A stretch of 64,000 bases of DNA from Gammaproteobacteria bacterium. Its GTDB lineage: Bacteria; Pseudomonadota; Gammaproteobacteria; Steroidobacterales; Rariloculaceae. The DNA lies in the NCBI GenBank assembly GCA_050485545.1, contig JBJHBP010000004.1:256-64255 (forward strand), in the 5' to 3' direction. The notes under the pieces are model-generated. The model ran no database searches. It was not told where the DNA came from and saw only the letters and a list, made by a program, of their open reading frames with translations. The position numbers and the translations under genes were made by a program. This document shows, piece after piece, positions 44,304 to 54,891 of this stretch (positions are counted from its first letter, which is position 1; each line of letters starts with the position of its first letter).

Positions 44304-45719
44304 CTGGCGACGCCGTCCGGACTTGCCGACCGGCAGCGAAGTATCCGGCAGGAACGACGCGCTCACCTCGGCCGCACCGGACGCCGAGGTGTCACGACGC
44401 TGCTGCGCCCTGCCCAGCGCCAGCGACAATACTCCCCACAGGGCCGCCAGCGGCAGCACTGCGACGGCCAGTCCGACCAGCGACAGGCCCGATGCCCGCA
44501 TCAGTCCGTTCAGCAACGCACCGGCGATATCTCCACCACGATAGACGAAGACGTCGATCAGCGACTTGGCCTTGTATTTTTCAGCCGGCGTCACGACGCT
44601 GAACAGGGTTTCCCGCGCGGGCCGTGAGATTGCGTAGCGGGTGGCGCGATGCATGGCCTGGAATACGGCCAGCACACCATACAGCGGCCATATCGCCAGC
44701 ACGGCGAAACCAGTGACCGTCACCAGCGGCAGCAGCGTCAGCGTCCAGCCCACGCCCAGGCTGCGAATCAGCCGCGTGGTGATGAACACCTGCGTAATCA
44801 GTGTGGCGAGCTGCGCGAGCAGATCGAACTGCGCAAAGCTGCCCACGCGGGCACTGAAAACATCGGTTCGCTCCAGCACCACCTGAGCCACCGTGAAGTA
44901 GATCATCGTGTTCGCGATCGCCATCAGCACGACGTAGCCGGCTATACCGGCCAGGTAACGCGACCGCGCGACGGCTTTCAGGCCATCGGCGTACGCGCCA
45001 CCCAGAGGTTCACCGACGCCATTGGCCGCCGGCGCTTCAGACTGCGTGCCGTTGCCGGGATTCAGCACCGACAACTTTCGTTCCAGACACAGCATCGCGA
45101 CGATGGCGGCCGAGAACAGCCCCGCGCCGGTCAGCATCAGCGCAGGCGCGAGATAGACCGACTCGGTGCCGCCACCGGCCAGTGTCGCCACGGAACCGCC
45201 GGCGATGGCACCCAGGGTTCCGCCGATGCCGATGAATGCGAACATGCGTTTGCCCTGGTCGGTGGTGAACAGATCCACCATCAGCGCCCAGAACAGCGTA
45301 TTCACGAACAGGTTGATGACGCTCAGCCAGATGTAGAACGAATAGCCGACCACGAGCGCGAACGTGGTGCCGGCATCGGTACCGATCAGCCCGCCGCTGC
45401 CCATTGCGTCGATGATCAGCAGGACGGCGAACACGATCAGGCAGGCCACCACGAACAGGTAGCCGTAGGTGAGAAAACGACGTCGATCCCAGCGACTGAC
45501 CATGCCGCCGAAGGCCAGCACCAGAAGCAGCGAGGCAAGGCCGCTGGCAATGAACAGCCAGCGCAGATCGTCCATGCCACGCGAGACGCCCATGGCCTCG
45601 CGTACGGGACGCAGCAGGAAGTAAGCGCAGAGCACGAAGAAATAGAACAGCGCGGCGAGCAGCGCCAATGGCAACTCGCCGCATCTGAAGTTCAGCAGAC
45701 GCGCTGTCAGTCCCCCCAA
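44286..45719 (-). CDS. MFS transporter of the NTT/ATP-ADP translocase-like (COG3202) family
   Basis: YFLLRPVREAMG, FWALMVDLF..DQGKRMFAFI, RPARETLF, KYKAKSLIDVFVYRGGD; about 12 hydrophobic segments. Confidence 0.85.
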   Translation of the reverse strand: MGGLTARLLNFRCGELPLALLAALFYFFVLCAYFLLRPVREAMGVSRGMDDLRWLFIASGLASLLLVLAFGGMVSRWDRRRFLTYGYLFVVACLIVFAVLLIIDAMGSGGLIGTDAGTTFALVVGYSFYIWLSVINLFVNTLFWALMVDLFTTDQGKRMFAFIGIGGTLGAIAGGSVATLAGGGTESVYLAPALMLTGAGLFSAAIVAMLCLERKLSVLNPGNGTQSEAPAANGVGEPLGGAYADGLKAVARSRYLAGIAGYVVLMAIANTMIYFTVAQVVLERTDVFSARVGSFAQFDLLAQLATLITQVFITTRLIRSLGVGWTLTLLPLVTVTGFAVLAIWPLYGVLAVFQAMHRATRYAISRPARETLFSVVTPAEKYKAKSLIDVFVYRGGDIAGALLNGLMRASGLSLVGLAVAVLPLAALWGVLSLALGRAQQRRDTSASGAAEVSASFLPDTSLPVGKSGRRRQSGEYS

Positions 45720-46133
45720 CTATCAACTCCGCAGCCGCGCGACCCCGACACAGCCGGGCATCACGCGCAAGAATGCTTCTGATGGCACAGTGGCCACCGC
45801 TTTTGTTCACGAACCAGGTTTTCCCGTCCCGGCGGACGCGCCGCAACGGGTCTGACCATTCGCGACCCGGCATGCCGTTTTCCGGATCCGTGGCGATTCG
45901 ATCACGCACAACACGATTAGTGCCCGGAAATGCAGTCCCTCGCACCCTGGGGCCGCGCTGCCGCCCGACGCTGCGCCGTGCCGCGCCGCGCCAGTCATCG
46001 TGAGACGGCTGACAGGCGTTGCCGAGTTTGTGACCTCGCGCGGTGAACTGCAACCAGTGTCGGTGCCGTGCGCCGCCGCACCTGCGCTATCGGCGCACAC
46101 ATCAGGCCCCGCTTCTGCGATCATTGCGCCGCA

Positions 46134-49100
46134 ATGGATACGCATGGCTGGCAGTTCTGGATCGATCGCGGCGGCACTTTTACCGACATCGTTGCACGGT
46201 CACCGGCGGGTACGCTGAGCACGCTGAAGCTGCTGTCCGACAACCCGGAGCAGTACCACGATGCCGCTTCCGAGGGTATTCGCCGCATGCTCGCGGCCCA
46301 GCCTCGCCACATGCGCCGCATCGAAGCGGTGAAAATGGGCACAACGGTGGCCACCAATGCGCTGCTGGAGCGCAAGGGTGAACCCACGGTGCTGATCACG
46401 ACCGCGGGCCTGCGCGATGTGCTGCGCATCGGCACCCAGAATCGCCCCGACATCTTTGCGCTCGACATCCGTCTGCCGCGGATGCTCTACACCGACGTGG
46501 TGGAAGCCGACGAAAGAATCGCCGCCAACGGCGAGGTCGTCACGACACTGGACGAATCCGGGCTGCACGGAAAGCTGACGGACATCTACGCCGACGGTAT
46601 TCGCAGCGTGGCGATCGCCTTTCTGCACGGATATCGCTTTCCCGACCACGAACGGCGTGCACTGGTCATCGCCAGCAGCATCGGCTTCGAACAGATTTCG
46701 GTGTCTCACCAGGTGAGCCCCCTGATGAAGCTCGTGCCACGCGGCCATACAACACTCGTCGACGCGTACCTGTCTCCGGTGCTGGACCGCTACATCCGGC
46801 GCCTGCGCGAAGGCCTTGCCGACATACTCGGCGACGCATCGCTGCTGTTCATGCAAAGTCATGGCGGACTGGTGCAGGCCGATGCGTTTCGCGGCAAGGA
46901 CAGTCTGCTGTCGGGCCCGGCGGCCGGCGTCGTCGGTATGGCCGCTGTCGCCGCGAGCGCTGGATTCAACGACGTGATCGGTTTTGACATGGGCGGCACA
47001 TCGACGGACGTGGCGCTTTATCAGGGCCGGTTCGAGCGCAGCAGCGAATCGCTGATCGCCGGCGTTCGCATCAGTGCGCCGATGATGCGCATCCATACCG
47101 TGGCGGCCGGTGGCGGTTCGATTCTGAAGTTCGAGTCCGGGCGCCTTCAGGTGGGACCTGAGTCGGCCGGTGCCAGCCCGGGGCCGGCGTGCTACCGCAA
47201 CGGCGGCCCGCTTACCGTGACCGACGCGAACCTGCTCCTGGGTCGCCTGCAGGCAGACCGATTTCCGTGCGTGTTCGGGCCGGACGCCACTTCGCCGCTG
47301 GATGTCGGTGTAGCCAGGTCGGCATTCGACAGCCTGGCGGCGGACGTGGCGACATCCGGTGAACCGGTGTTCACACCACGGCTGGCAGCCGGCTTCCTGC
47401 GCATCGCGGTCGAGAAAATGGCCAACGCGATCAAGACGATTTCGATACAGCGAGGGCACGACGTCACGGCATTCGCGCTGGTCTGCTTCGGCGGCGCCGG
47501 CGGCCAGCACGCCTGCCAGGTCGCCGACGCCCTCGGCATCCGCTCGATTCTGATCCATCCGCTGGCCGGCCTCCTGTCGGCCTATGGCATGGGGATCGCC
47601 GACCTTCGCTGTCTGCGCCAGTCGGCGGTGGAAGCGCCACTTACGCATGAGTGGCTGCAGGGTTGCGGGCAGCGCTTCGCCACACTGGAACAGCAGGCCC
47701 GACTTGAACTGAGCGGCCACGAGGCAATTGCCACGGACGTCAGCTGTGCGCGACGCCTGCGACTGAAGGCCGGCGACTCCGATACCGCTCTGGCGGTGGA
47801 ATGGACGCAGAGCACCACCCTCATCGAAATGCGCGACGCGTTCGCTGCCGCGCATCGATTGCATTTCGGATTCGCCGCGGCCGACGTGTCTCTGATCGTC
47901 GAATCCATCGAGCTGGAGGCCGTGGCCGCCATCGACAAGCCGGAGGAGCTGAGGCAGACGTGCGTCGCGCACACGCCAGACCCCGCGGATCACAGAGAGA
48001 TCTGGTTCGAGGATGCATGGCGGCGTACGCCGGTATTTGAACGCGAATGCCTGTCACCCGGCGCCACGATTGTCGGCCCGGCACTGATCGTGGAGGCGAA
48101 TGCAACAACGGTGCTGGAGCCGGGGTGGCAGGCGGCCGTGAATGCGCCAGGACACCTGCTGTTGCAACGATCGCGGCCGGCGGCCGACCGTGAGCGGCTG
48201 GAAACCGACTGTGATCCGGTCATGCTGGAGGTGTTCAACAATCTGTTCATGCATATCGCCGAACAGATGGGTGCGGTTCTGGAAAACACCGCCTACTCGG
48301 TCAACATCAAGGAACGACTGGACTTCTCCTGCGCCCTATTCGATGCCGACGGGGAACTGATCGCCAACGCGCCACACGTACCGGTACACCTGGGCTCGAT
48401 GGGCGACAGTGTGCAGCATATCCTGCGGGCGAATGCGGGCGCGATGCGGCCGGGGGATGTCTACCTGATGAATGCGCCGTACAGCGGCGGCACCCATCTG
48501 CCGGATGTCACGGTGGTCACACCGGTTTTCGATGAGCAGGGAGGGAAACTCCGCTTCACGGTTGCGTGCCGCGCACATCACGCCGACATTGGCGGCATCA
48601 CGCCCGGCTCCATGCCGGCCGCAAGTTGCCACATCGAAGAAGAAGGGGTGCTGTTCGAAAACCTGCGCATCGTGCGCGATGAAGCACTGGCGGAGCGTGA
48701 CATTCGCGATCGGCTGGCAAGCAATCCTCACCCGGCGCGCAATCCCGACCAGAACATCGCCGACATCAAGGCACAGATCGCTGCCAATGCGCGCGGTGTC
48801 AGCGAACTTGAACGCATGGTCGGTCGATTCGGCCTGCCGGTCGTGCAGGCCTACATGAGCCACATCAAGGACAACGCCGAACAATGCGTGCGGCGTGCGA
48901 TCGGCAGGCTCCGGAACGGCAGCCATACCGTCACGATGGACGGTGGCGAGCGGATCTCGGTGAGCATTCGTACCCATCCGGAACGGGGAACGGCCATCAT
49001 CGACTTCACCGGAACCGGGCCGCAGTCATCCCGAAACTTCAACGCACCGGCATCGATTGCGCGCGCAGCCGTGCTGTATGTGTTTCGCACGCTGATCAGC

Positions 49101-49748
49101 GAGTCGATTCCGCTCAATGCAGGCTGCCTCAAGCCGCTGCAGATTGTGCTTCCCGACAACACTCTGGTGCACCCGGCATGGCCGGCTGCGGTCGTCGCCG
49201 GCAATGTGGAGACTTCGCAGTGCATCACTGACGCGCTGCTTGCGGCGCTTGGCGCCTGTGCCGCCTCGCAGGGCACGATGAACAATCTGACTTTCGGCGA
49301 TGCGCATCATCAGTACTACGAAACACTGTGCGGCGGAGCTGGTGCCGGCCCTGGATTCGACGGCGCCAGTGCGGTGCACACCCACATGACCAACTCGCGA
49401 CTGACGGACCCCGAAGTGCTGGAGTGGCGCTATCCGGTCAGGCTGACGAAGTTTGAAGTGCGCCACGGATCGGGCGGCAACGGCCGGTGGCGAGGTGGTG
49501 ATGGCGTGATTCGCGAAATCGGGTTTCTGCAGTCGATGCGTGCGGTCATCCTGTCGAATCGGCGCACGACAGCGCCTTTCGGGCTGCGCGGAGGGGAATC
49601 CGGTCAGTCGGGCAGCAATCTGCTGGTCAGGGTCGACGGCTCACGGCAGGAGCTGGGTGCGACGGCGGAGCTGCAACTGCAGGCTGGTGACCGTCTGCGC
49701 ATCAGCACACCAGGCGGTGGCGGCTACGGCGACGACCACGACGACTGA
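46134..49748 (+). CDS. Fused hydantoinase A/B family 5-oxoprolinase (ATP-hydrolysing)
   Basis: [63 protein letters not shown]. Confidence 0.95.
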   Translation: MDTHGWQFWIDRGGTFTDIVARSPAGTLSTLKLLSDNPEQYHDAASEGIRRMLAAQPRHMRRIEAVKMGTTVATNALLERKGEPTVLITTAGLRDVLRIGTQNRPDIFALDIRLPRMLYTDVVEADERIAANGEVVTTLDESGLHGKLTDIYADGIRSVAIAFLHGYRFPDHERRALVIASSIGFEQISVSHQVSPLMKLVPRGHTTLVDAYLSPVLDRYIRRLREGLADILGDASLLFMQSHGGLVQADAFRGKDSLLSGPAAGVVGMAAVAASAGFNDVIGFDMGGTSTDVALYQGRFERSSESLIAGVRISAPMMRIHTVAAGGGSILKFESGRLQVGPESAGASPGPACYRNGGPLTVTDANLLLGRLQADRFPCVFGPDATSPLDVGVARSAFDSLAADVATSGEPVFTPRLAAGFLRIAVEKMANAIKTISIQRGHDVTAFALVCFGGAGGQHACQVADALGIRSILIHPLAGLLSAYGMGIADLRCLRQSAVEAPLTHEWLQGCGQRFATLEQQARLELSGHEAIATDVSCARRLRLKAGDSDTALAVEWTQSTTLIEMRDAFAAAHRLHFGFAAADVSLIVESIELEAVAAIDKPEELRQTCVAHTPDPADHREIWFEDAWRRTPVFERECLSPGATIVGPALIVEANATTVLEPGWQAAVNAPGHLLLQRSRPAADRERLETDCDPVMLEVFNNLFMHIAEQMGAVLENTAYSVNIKERLDFSCALFDADGELIANAPHVPVHLGSMGDSVQHILRANAGAMRPGDVYLMNAPYSGGTHLPDVTVVTPVFDEQGGKLRFTVACRAHHADIGGITPGSMPAASCHIEEEGVLFENLRIVRDEALAERDIRDRLASNPHPARNPDQNIADIKAQIAANARGVSELERMVGRFGLPVVQAYMSHIKDNAEQCVRRAIGRLRNGSHTVTMDGGERISVSIRTHPERGTAIIDFTGTGPQSSRNFNAPASIARAAVLYVFRTLISESIPLNAGCLKPLQIVLPDNTLVHPAWPAAVVAGNVETSQCITDALLAALGACAASQGTMNNLTFGDAHHQYYETLCGGAGAGPGFDGASAVHTHMTNSRLTDPEVLEWRYPVRLTKFEVRHGSGGNGRWRGGDGVIREIGFLQSMRAVILSNRRTTAPFGLRGGESGQSGSNLLVRVDGSRQELGATAELQLQAGDRLRISTPGGGGYGDDHDD

Positions 49749-49755
49749 GCCGGTG

Positions 49756-51309
49756 TCAGCCGACCAGCTCGCCCATCTCCAGGCCTGCCAGAGATCTGAT
49801 CGAACTGGAGCGCGCGCCATGCACGATCTCGTACACCATGAATTCGCCCGGCTTGTCGAGCGCAAAACCGACCTGGAGAACCGGCACCGCGCCACGGTCG
49901 ACGGCTGCCAGGGCACGCACCGAGAACGCCTGTTCCGGACGCGCTCCGACCAGCGCGCCCTGCTCGAACAGCGCCGACAGCAACGTCGCGACCTGACGTT
50001 CCATTTTTGAACCCAGGTCGGCATCGTTCACGGCACCGCCCGTCCATCGCGTGCTGCGCTCAATCGTGTTGAGGATGAACAATGCCACGCGACGTCGATC
50101 CAGACGCTGCCAGAGCCGGCCGATCAGCCTTGGACCAGCCAGCGTGACATTGCCGGTCAGCACGCAGCTGCCCCCGGCCACCGTGCGCAAAGCGTTGACA
50201 CCGAACCTTCGCAGCAGCACCGCCTCGCGCTCGGACAGCGTACTGGCCGGGACCAGTCCGTTGGAGACGCGCATACACTGATCGAGCGGCCCCCACCATC
50301 CGCGACGGGCCGCGTTGGCCAGCATGCCCGCCAGCGCGCCACCGGCCGGCACACCGGCGACAAAGCGAGGGTCGCGGTCACGACGCTGGGCATGCGGAAA
50401 ATAGGTCATCGCGTTGTGACTGCTCAGAGCACCGGCGCGCATCGCACCAAGTACGTCAGCTGCCGACTTCCAGCTCCAGGGCGGATCCCATATCAGCAGC
50501 GCCTTGCGGCGCTCGCAGTAGCGTTCGGCCGCCATGAACGTGGTGTCACCCAGATCGCGATTCGGCGGCAATGGAACGCAGAGAAAGTCGACCTGCTCGA
50601 CGCGGTCCAGTGCAAACAGGCCTGTGCCCGCTGTGTTGCAGCCAATGAAGTCGTAATCCGTGAGTTCTTCGCCGTCATGACCGGGCGCCGACAGCGTGAT
50701 ATAGGGTATCGGCAACCCTGGATGGGCGGGCCGCGTTGCATCGGGTCTCTGCACCGGCAGCGGTCCGGCCAGCCTGACCAGCTCGGAGTCCTGCAATGCG
50801 TCGACGATGTAGCGTGGATCCTCCGGATCCAGCGATATGCCCGAATACAGTTCCTGGTCCTCGACCAGCTCCGAGCCGGGCCGACCGACGCGCTGCACCA
50901 CCAGATTGAATCGTCGTGGATCGGACTCTACCCGATCGTAGTCGACCGACACTCTCAGGAACTCGCGGCTGCCTGGCTGCCTGGCCTGCAGCTGCAGCGT
51001 TTCGGGACCGGCAGGTATGTCGATGCGTGCCTTCAGCGCCCGATTGGCAACACGAACCACGAGCGCAGCATGCCCGCCGTGCGCAAAGTACTGTTCGACG
51101 GCCTGCGACACGAAGCTGAAGTCGACGTGACCGCCGAAGGTGCGACGAAACTGTTCGAAACTGGTGACGGCGACCGGCTCGTTCAACGGCCCGCGCTCGG
51201 TGCGACCAAGGAATGCTGTGACAGCCGGCGCAAGCAGAGGCAGGGTAGCGTTGCCTGCGATGCGCTTATCAGCCGCCACCATCGGAAAGTCAAATGGTTT
51301 GACCGACAT
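49756..51309 (-). CDS. Contractile phage tail sheath family protein (orphan, diverged)
   Basis: TAFLGRTERGPLNEPVAVTSFEQFRRTFGG, AVEQYFAHGG..VVRV, TGLFALD, YCERRKALLIWDPP, GVNALR, RRVALFI, GALVG.RPEQAFSVR and VGFALDKPGEF follow the sheath motif order. Confidence 0.88.
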   Translation of the reverse strand: MSVKPFDFPMVAADKRIAGNATLPLLAPAVTAFLGRTERGPLNEPVAVTSFEQFRRTFGGHVDFSFVSQAVEQYFAHGGHAALVVRVANRALKARIDIPAGPETLQLQARQPGSREFLRVSVDYDRVESDPRRFNLVVQRVGRPGSELVEDQELYSGISLDPEDPRYIVDALQDSELVRLAGPLPVQRPDATRPAHPGLPIPYITLSAPGHDGEELTDYDFIGCNTAGTGLFALDRVEQVDFLCVPLPPNRDLGDTTFMAAERYCERRKALLIWDPPWSWKSAADVLGAMRAGALSSHNAMTYFPHAQRRDRDPRFVAGVPAGGALAGMLANAARRGWWGPLDQCMRVSNGLVPASTLSEREAVLLRRFGVNALRTVAGGSCVLTGNVTLAGPRLIGRLWQRLDRRRVALFILNTIERSTRWTGGAVNDADLGSKMERQVATLLSALFEQGALVGARPEQAFSVRALAAVDRGAVPVLQVGFALDKPGEFMVYEIVHGARSSSIRSLAGLEMGELVG

Positions 51310-51439
51310 TACCTGAGTATCGAGGAAAAACGCATGATAGCCGCACGTGGCGGCGCTTGCACGTATTGTAACGACTGGCGATCAGATGGGAGATTCGATT
51401 GCCTGATTCGCCGTCCGCCAGTCGATCGCATGTTCCGGA

Positions 51440-51724
51440 CTATGTCGTTCGTGTTTTGCGTTTTGTTGCCGGCCGGGCGGACGGATCACGGTGCCTCGGC
51501 TGCCGTCCGCGTGCATCACCTGCCTGGGGGGACGCTACCGACTGACGCTTGCCCGGCACCGGCACATCGCCTTCTGCCCGACCTTCGGCAACATCCTGTT
51601 CGTGCTCATCGCGCTTGCGCTGCAGTTCCTCGAGCATGACCTTCATCCACTCGCTCATCAGACGTTCCTGATCGACGGTCTCATCCGCGGATTTCTTGCC
51701 GGTCTTGTGATCGCTGGCTGTCAT
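51440..51724 (-). CDS. Small hypothetical protein (alternative start 51658, MSEWMKVMLEELQRKR)
   Basis: Fills the gap between sohB and the sheath gene on the same strand; charged helical core. Confidence 0.55.
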   Translation of the reverse strand: MTASDHKTGKKSADETVDQERLMSEWMKVMLEELQRKRDEHEQDVAEGRAEGDVPVPGKRQSVASPQAGDARGRQPRHRDPSARPATKRKTRTT

Positions 51725-51790
51725 GATCTGCTTGTGTCCAGAGGCAACTTCGGGGAATGGGCGCAGGCCGCCCGGGGCCGGCAGTATAGC

Positions 51791-52759
51791 TCAGCGTGCG
51801 AGCAGGCTCTCCACGCCGCCGTAGAGTTTCTCCGTCCACGGACGACGGCGCTGGAACCGCACCAGAAACACATCGTGTTCGCCAACCGCATCGAGGAGAA
51901 AGTCGTCGCTGGTACGAATCTCGTCAATCAGCTTCTTTTCGATCGCCAGCGTGCCGTACCAATGCTCGCCCGTAGAAACCTGTTCGATATCCACCTGTGG
52001 TCGATACTCCTGGATCTGCCGCTGAAACAGCGCGTGCACGTCTTCAAGCTCCTCGCGCAGCTTGCGGCGTGCCTCTTCGGTATTCCTGCCGAACATGGTC
52101 AGTGTGCGTTTGTGCTGACCGGCCGTGACCTGCTCGAAATCGACACCCTTGGCTTCCAGCAGGCGGTGGAAATTCGGCAACTGCGCAAGCACACCGATGG
52201 AGCCGACAATCGCGAACGGAGCCGCCATAAGATGATTGGCCACACAGGCCATCAGGTAGCCGCCGCTGGCCGCGACCTTGTCTACGGCAACGATCAGATG
52301 CAGACCGCGCTGCCGGATCCGCAGCAGCTGCGACGCGGCAAAACCGTGTTCGTGGACCGTGCCGCCCGCATTCTCCAGCCGCAGCAGCACCTGATCGTCC
52401 TGCTCGGCCACCGCAAGCACCGCCGTCACCTCTTCGCGCAACGAAGCGGCGGCCGTGGCGCGCAGGTCACCCCGGAAATCGAGCACGAAGATGCGCGGCC
52501 GGCGCTGTACACCCGAGGCCTTGCGCTGCCTGCGCCGCAATCGACGTTCGGCACGTCGGCCGGCCTTGCCGGCCATGGCCCGACGCATCGCATGCGCGGA
52601 TTCATCAAGGGCGCGGTTGAGGTGCTTGACCGTGAGACCTTCCGCATGGCTACTGCGGCGCGCGGTGGAGACGATGACAGTGAACGTCACCATAATGACG
52701 ACGGCGATGGTGAGCAGCTGGACCAGAAACAGTCCGTAGTCGGCCAGAAATTCAGCCAC
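51791..52759 (-). CDS. sohB: Protease SohB (S49 family)
   Basis: EFLADYGLFL, VLDFRGD, LREEVTAVL, VDKVAASGGYLMAC, GSIGVLAQLPNFHRLL. Confidence 0.95.
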   Translation of the reverse strand: MAEFLADYGLFLVQLLTIAVVIMVTFTVIVSTARRSSHAEGLTVKHLNRALDESAHAMRRAMAGKAGRRAERRLRRRQRKASGVQRRPRIFVLDFRGDLRATAAASLREEVTAVLAVAEQDDQVLLRLENAGGTVHEHGFAASQLLRIRQRGLHLIVAVDKVAASGGYLMACVANHLMAAPFAIVGSIGVLAQLPNFHRLLEAKGVDFEQVTAGQHKRTLTMFGRNTEEARRKLREELEDVHALFQRQIQEYRPQVDIEQVSTGEHWYGTLAIEKKLIDEIRTSDDFLLDAVGEHDVFLVRFQRRRPWTEKLYGGVESLLAR

Positions 52760-52765
52760 GGGTGA

Positions 52766-53758
52766 TCACAGCCCGACGTTGTTCTTTTCGAACACGCGAT
52801 CGGCACGGTAGCTGGACCGTACCAGCGGACCGGACACCACTTCCATGAAGCCGCGTTCCAGTCCCCACTCGCGGTAACGCTCAAACTCATCGGGCGTCAC
52901 GTAGCGTTCCACCGCCAGATGATTGGCCGTCGGGCGCAGGTATTGACCGAAGGTGACAATGTCCACGTGGGCGGCACGCAGATCGTCCAGCGAACGGGCA
53001 ATCTCGTCGTCCGTCTCACCCAGGCCGAGCATCAGGCTGGTCTTGGTCAGCACCGATGGCCGATACGCCTTGGCGTGCCCGAGCACCGCCAGTGTCTGAC
53101 CGTAGCCGGCGCGTGCATCACGAACCACATGCGTCAGTCGCTCCACGGTTTCCAGATTCTGCGCGAACACTTCCAGACCAGAGTCGACTACCGTCTCGAT
53201 GTCGGCCCTGCGGCCACGAAAATCCGGCGTCAGTGCCTCGACCGCGGTTTCCGGGCAACGCCGCTTGATGGCGCGCACACAGGCCGCGTAATGCCCGGCG
53301 CCGCCATCAGGAAGATCATCGCGATCCACCGAAGTCACCACCACGTAGCGAAGCCCCATCAAGGCAACCGATTCGGCGGCATTCTGCGGTTCCTCGGGAT
53401 CCAGCCAGCCCCCGGGGTTGCCGGTGTCCACGGCGCAGAACTGACAGGCACGCGTGCATACGGCACCCATCACCATGATGGTGGCGGTACCGTTACTCCA
53501 GCACTCGCCAATATTCGGACACATGGATTCCTCGCAGACCGTTGCGAGCCTATGCGTGCGTACCGTGTCTTTCACGGCCTGGTATTTCGCGCCTGATGGC
53601 AGACGCACCCGCAGCCACGGCGGTTTGCCGTCGCCGGGCTGCTGCACGCGATCCTCGCGATGCTTGACGCCGTTCCTGATCGCCGTGAAGCCCTGCTCGG
53701 TGCGATACTTGGCACCCGTGGCAACGACACGGATTCCGCGAAACTCACTCACTGGCAT
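52766..53758 (-). CDS. lipA: Lipoyl synthase
   Basis: [39 protein letters not shown]. Confidence 0.98.
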   Translation of the reverse strand: MPVSEFRGIRVVATGAKYRTEQGFTAIRNGVKHREDRVQQPGDGKPPWLRVRLPSGAKYQAVKDTVRTHRLATVCEESMCPNIGECWSNGTATIMVMGAVCTRACQFCAVDTGNPGGWLDPEEPQNAAESVALMGLRYVVVTSVDRDDLPDGGAGHYAACVRAIKRRCPETAVEALTPDFRGRRADIETVVDSGLEVFAQNLETVERLTHVVRDARAGYGQTLAVLGHAKAYRPSVLTKTSLMLGLGETDDEIARSLDDLRAAHVDIVTFGQYLRPTANHLAVERYVTPDEFERYREWGLERGFMEVVSGPLVRSSYRADRVFEKNNVGL

Positions 53759-53912
53759 CGGCTCACTGACATTTACGCAGGCTCACTGGAATATTGCTCT
53801 CTGATACATCAACGACCGGCAGTCGCTCTCCCGACGCAGCTCCGCGGCACAGGGTCGGCACCCTGCAGGCACCAGGGCCGGTGATTATCTCATGGTTTCG
53901 GAACCATCGGTC

Positions 53913-54431
53913 ATGAGCCGCTATCGCCCGCCATCCCCGCCGACCTCCCGGTACATCACGCCGGAGGGTGCCGCCGCGCTCAGGTCGGAGCTGGACCATC
54001 TGTGGCGGGTACGGCGACCGGAAGTCACGGCGGCGCTGGCCGCGGCGGCCGCCGAGGGCGACCGATCCGAGAATGCGGAATACATCTATCGCAAGAAGGA
54101 ACTGCGCGAGATCGACCGGCGCATTCGGCACCTGACGCGACGCCTCGATGGCATTCGCGTGGTCGACCGCCTGCCGGACGACATGGACAGGGTATTCTTC
54201 GGCGCCTGGTTCGATCTGGTCGACGACGACGGCCGGACGCTCACGCTGCGTCTGGTCGGTCCGGACGAGACCTCCATGGGCAAGGGCTATATCAGCGTCG
54301 ACTCGCCGCTGGGTCGCGCCGTTCGCGGACGATCGGTCGGCGACACGCTGCCGGTACCAACGCCTGAGGGGACCAGAACCTACCAGCTCACGGGATTGCG
54401 CTACGTTGCACCGGGGACAGGTGACGGGTGA
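53913..54431 (+). CDS. greB: Transcription elongation factor GreB
   Basis: YITPEG, AAEGDRSENAEYIYRKKELREIDRR, VFFGAW, ISVDSPLGRA. Confidence 0.95.
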   Translation: MSRYRPPSPPTSRYITPEGAAALRSELDHLWRVRRPEVTAALAAAAAEGDRSENAEYIYRKKELREIDRRIRHLTRRLDGIRVVDRLPDDMDRVFFGAWFDLVDDDGRTLTLRLVGPDETSMGKGYISVDSPLGRAVRGRSVGDTLPVPTPEGTRTYQLTGLRYVAPGTGDG

Positions 54432-54440
54432 CGGGTGACG
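54420..54440 (+). repeat. Heptamer tandem repeat (GGTGACG)3 across the greB stop codon
   Basis: Directly visible. Confidence 0.8.
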
Positions 54441-54513
54441 GCGAACTGCGGAACCGCGGCTGACACGCTGCCCGCGGATCCGGCAGGCCGTTCGGCTTCT
54501 GCCGCGCAGGCTG

Positions 54514-54714
54514 CTAGTGCAGTCTGGCCCAGTTGATCAGGCGCACGTTGCCATGGCCGATGTTGAAATTGCGCGCCAGCAGCGCCTCGATATACTCGGT
54601 GTTGCCGTGTTCTTCGGTGGGTTTGCTGACCTCGACCACGCCACTGTATTCCTCGGCCGAACTGCGGCCGCTGGCGCCGGTCAGAACAAAATGCGTGTAG
54701 TACTTCACGCCCAT
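54514..54714 (-). CDS. Small hypothetical protein (66 aa)
   Basis: MGVKYYTHFVL...EEYSGVVEV...LLARNF...VRLINWARLH; protein-like composition, sits in an otherwise empty gap. Confidence 0.65.
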   Translation of the reverse strand: MGVKYYTHFVLTGASGRSSAEEYSGVVEVSKPTEEHGNTEYIEALLARNFNIGHGNVRLINWARLH

Positions 54715-54891
54715 GGGATACAGCCTAAATGGCGGTGTCCTCCACGGCTGTGACCGGAGCCACAGTTCCCCGCTCGCAGCGTCAGTCTCGCGGTCTGTAT
54801 CGCGGTAAGCTTGCCGGGTGGCGGGAGCCGCAAGCCCGGCGCGGGTACGCTGGCTCCGGCGCACAGCTCGATCCACCCAATGGACGCACCT

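Noticed and set aside
46200-47993. 597-aa minus-strand ORF
   Set aside because: Antisense to the oxoprolinase, with no recognisable motifs.
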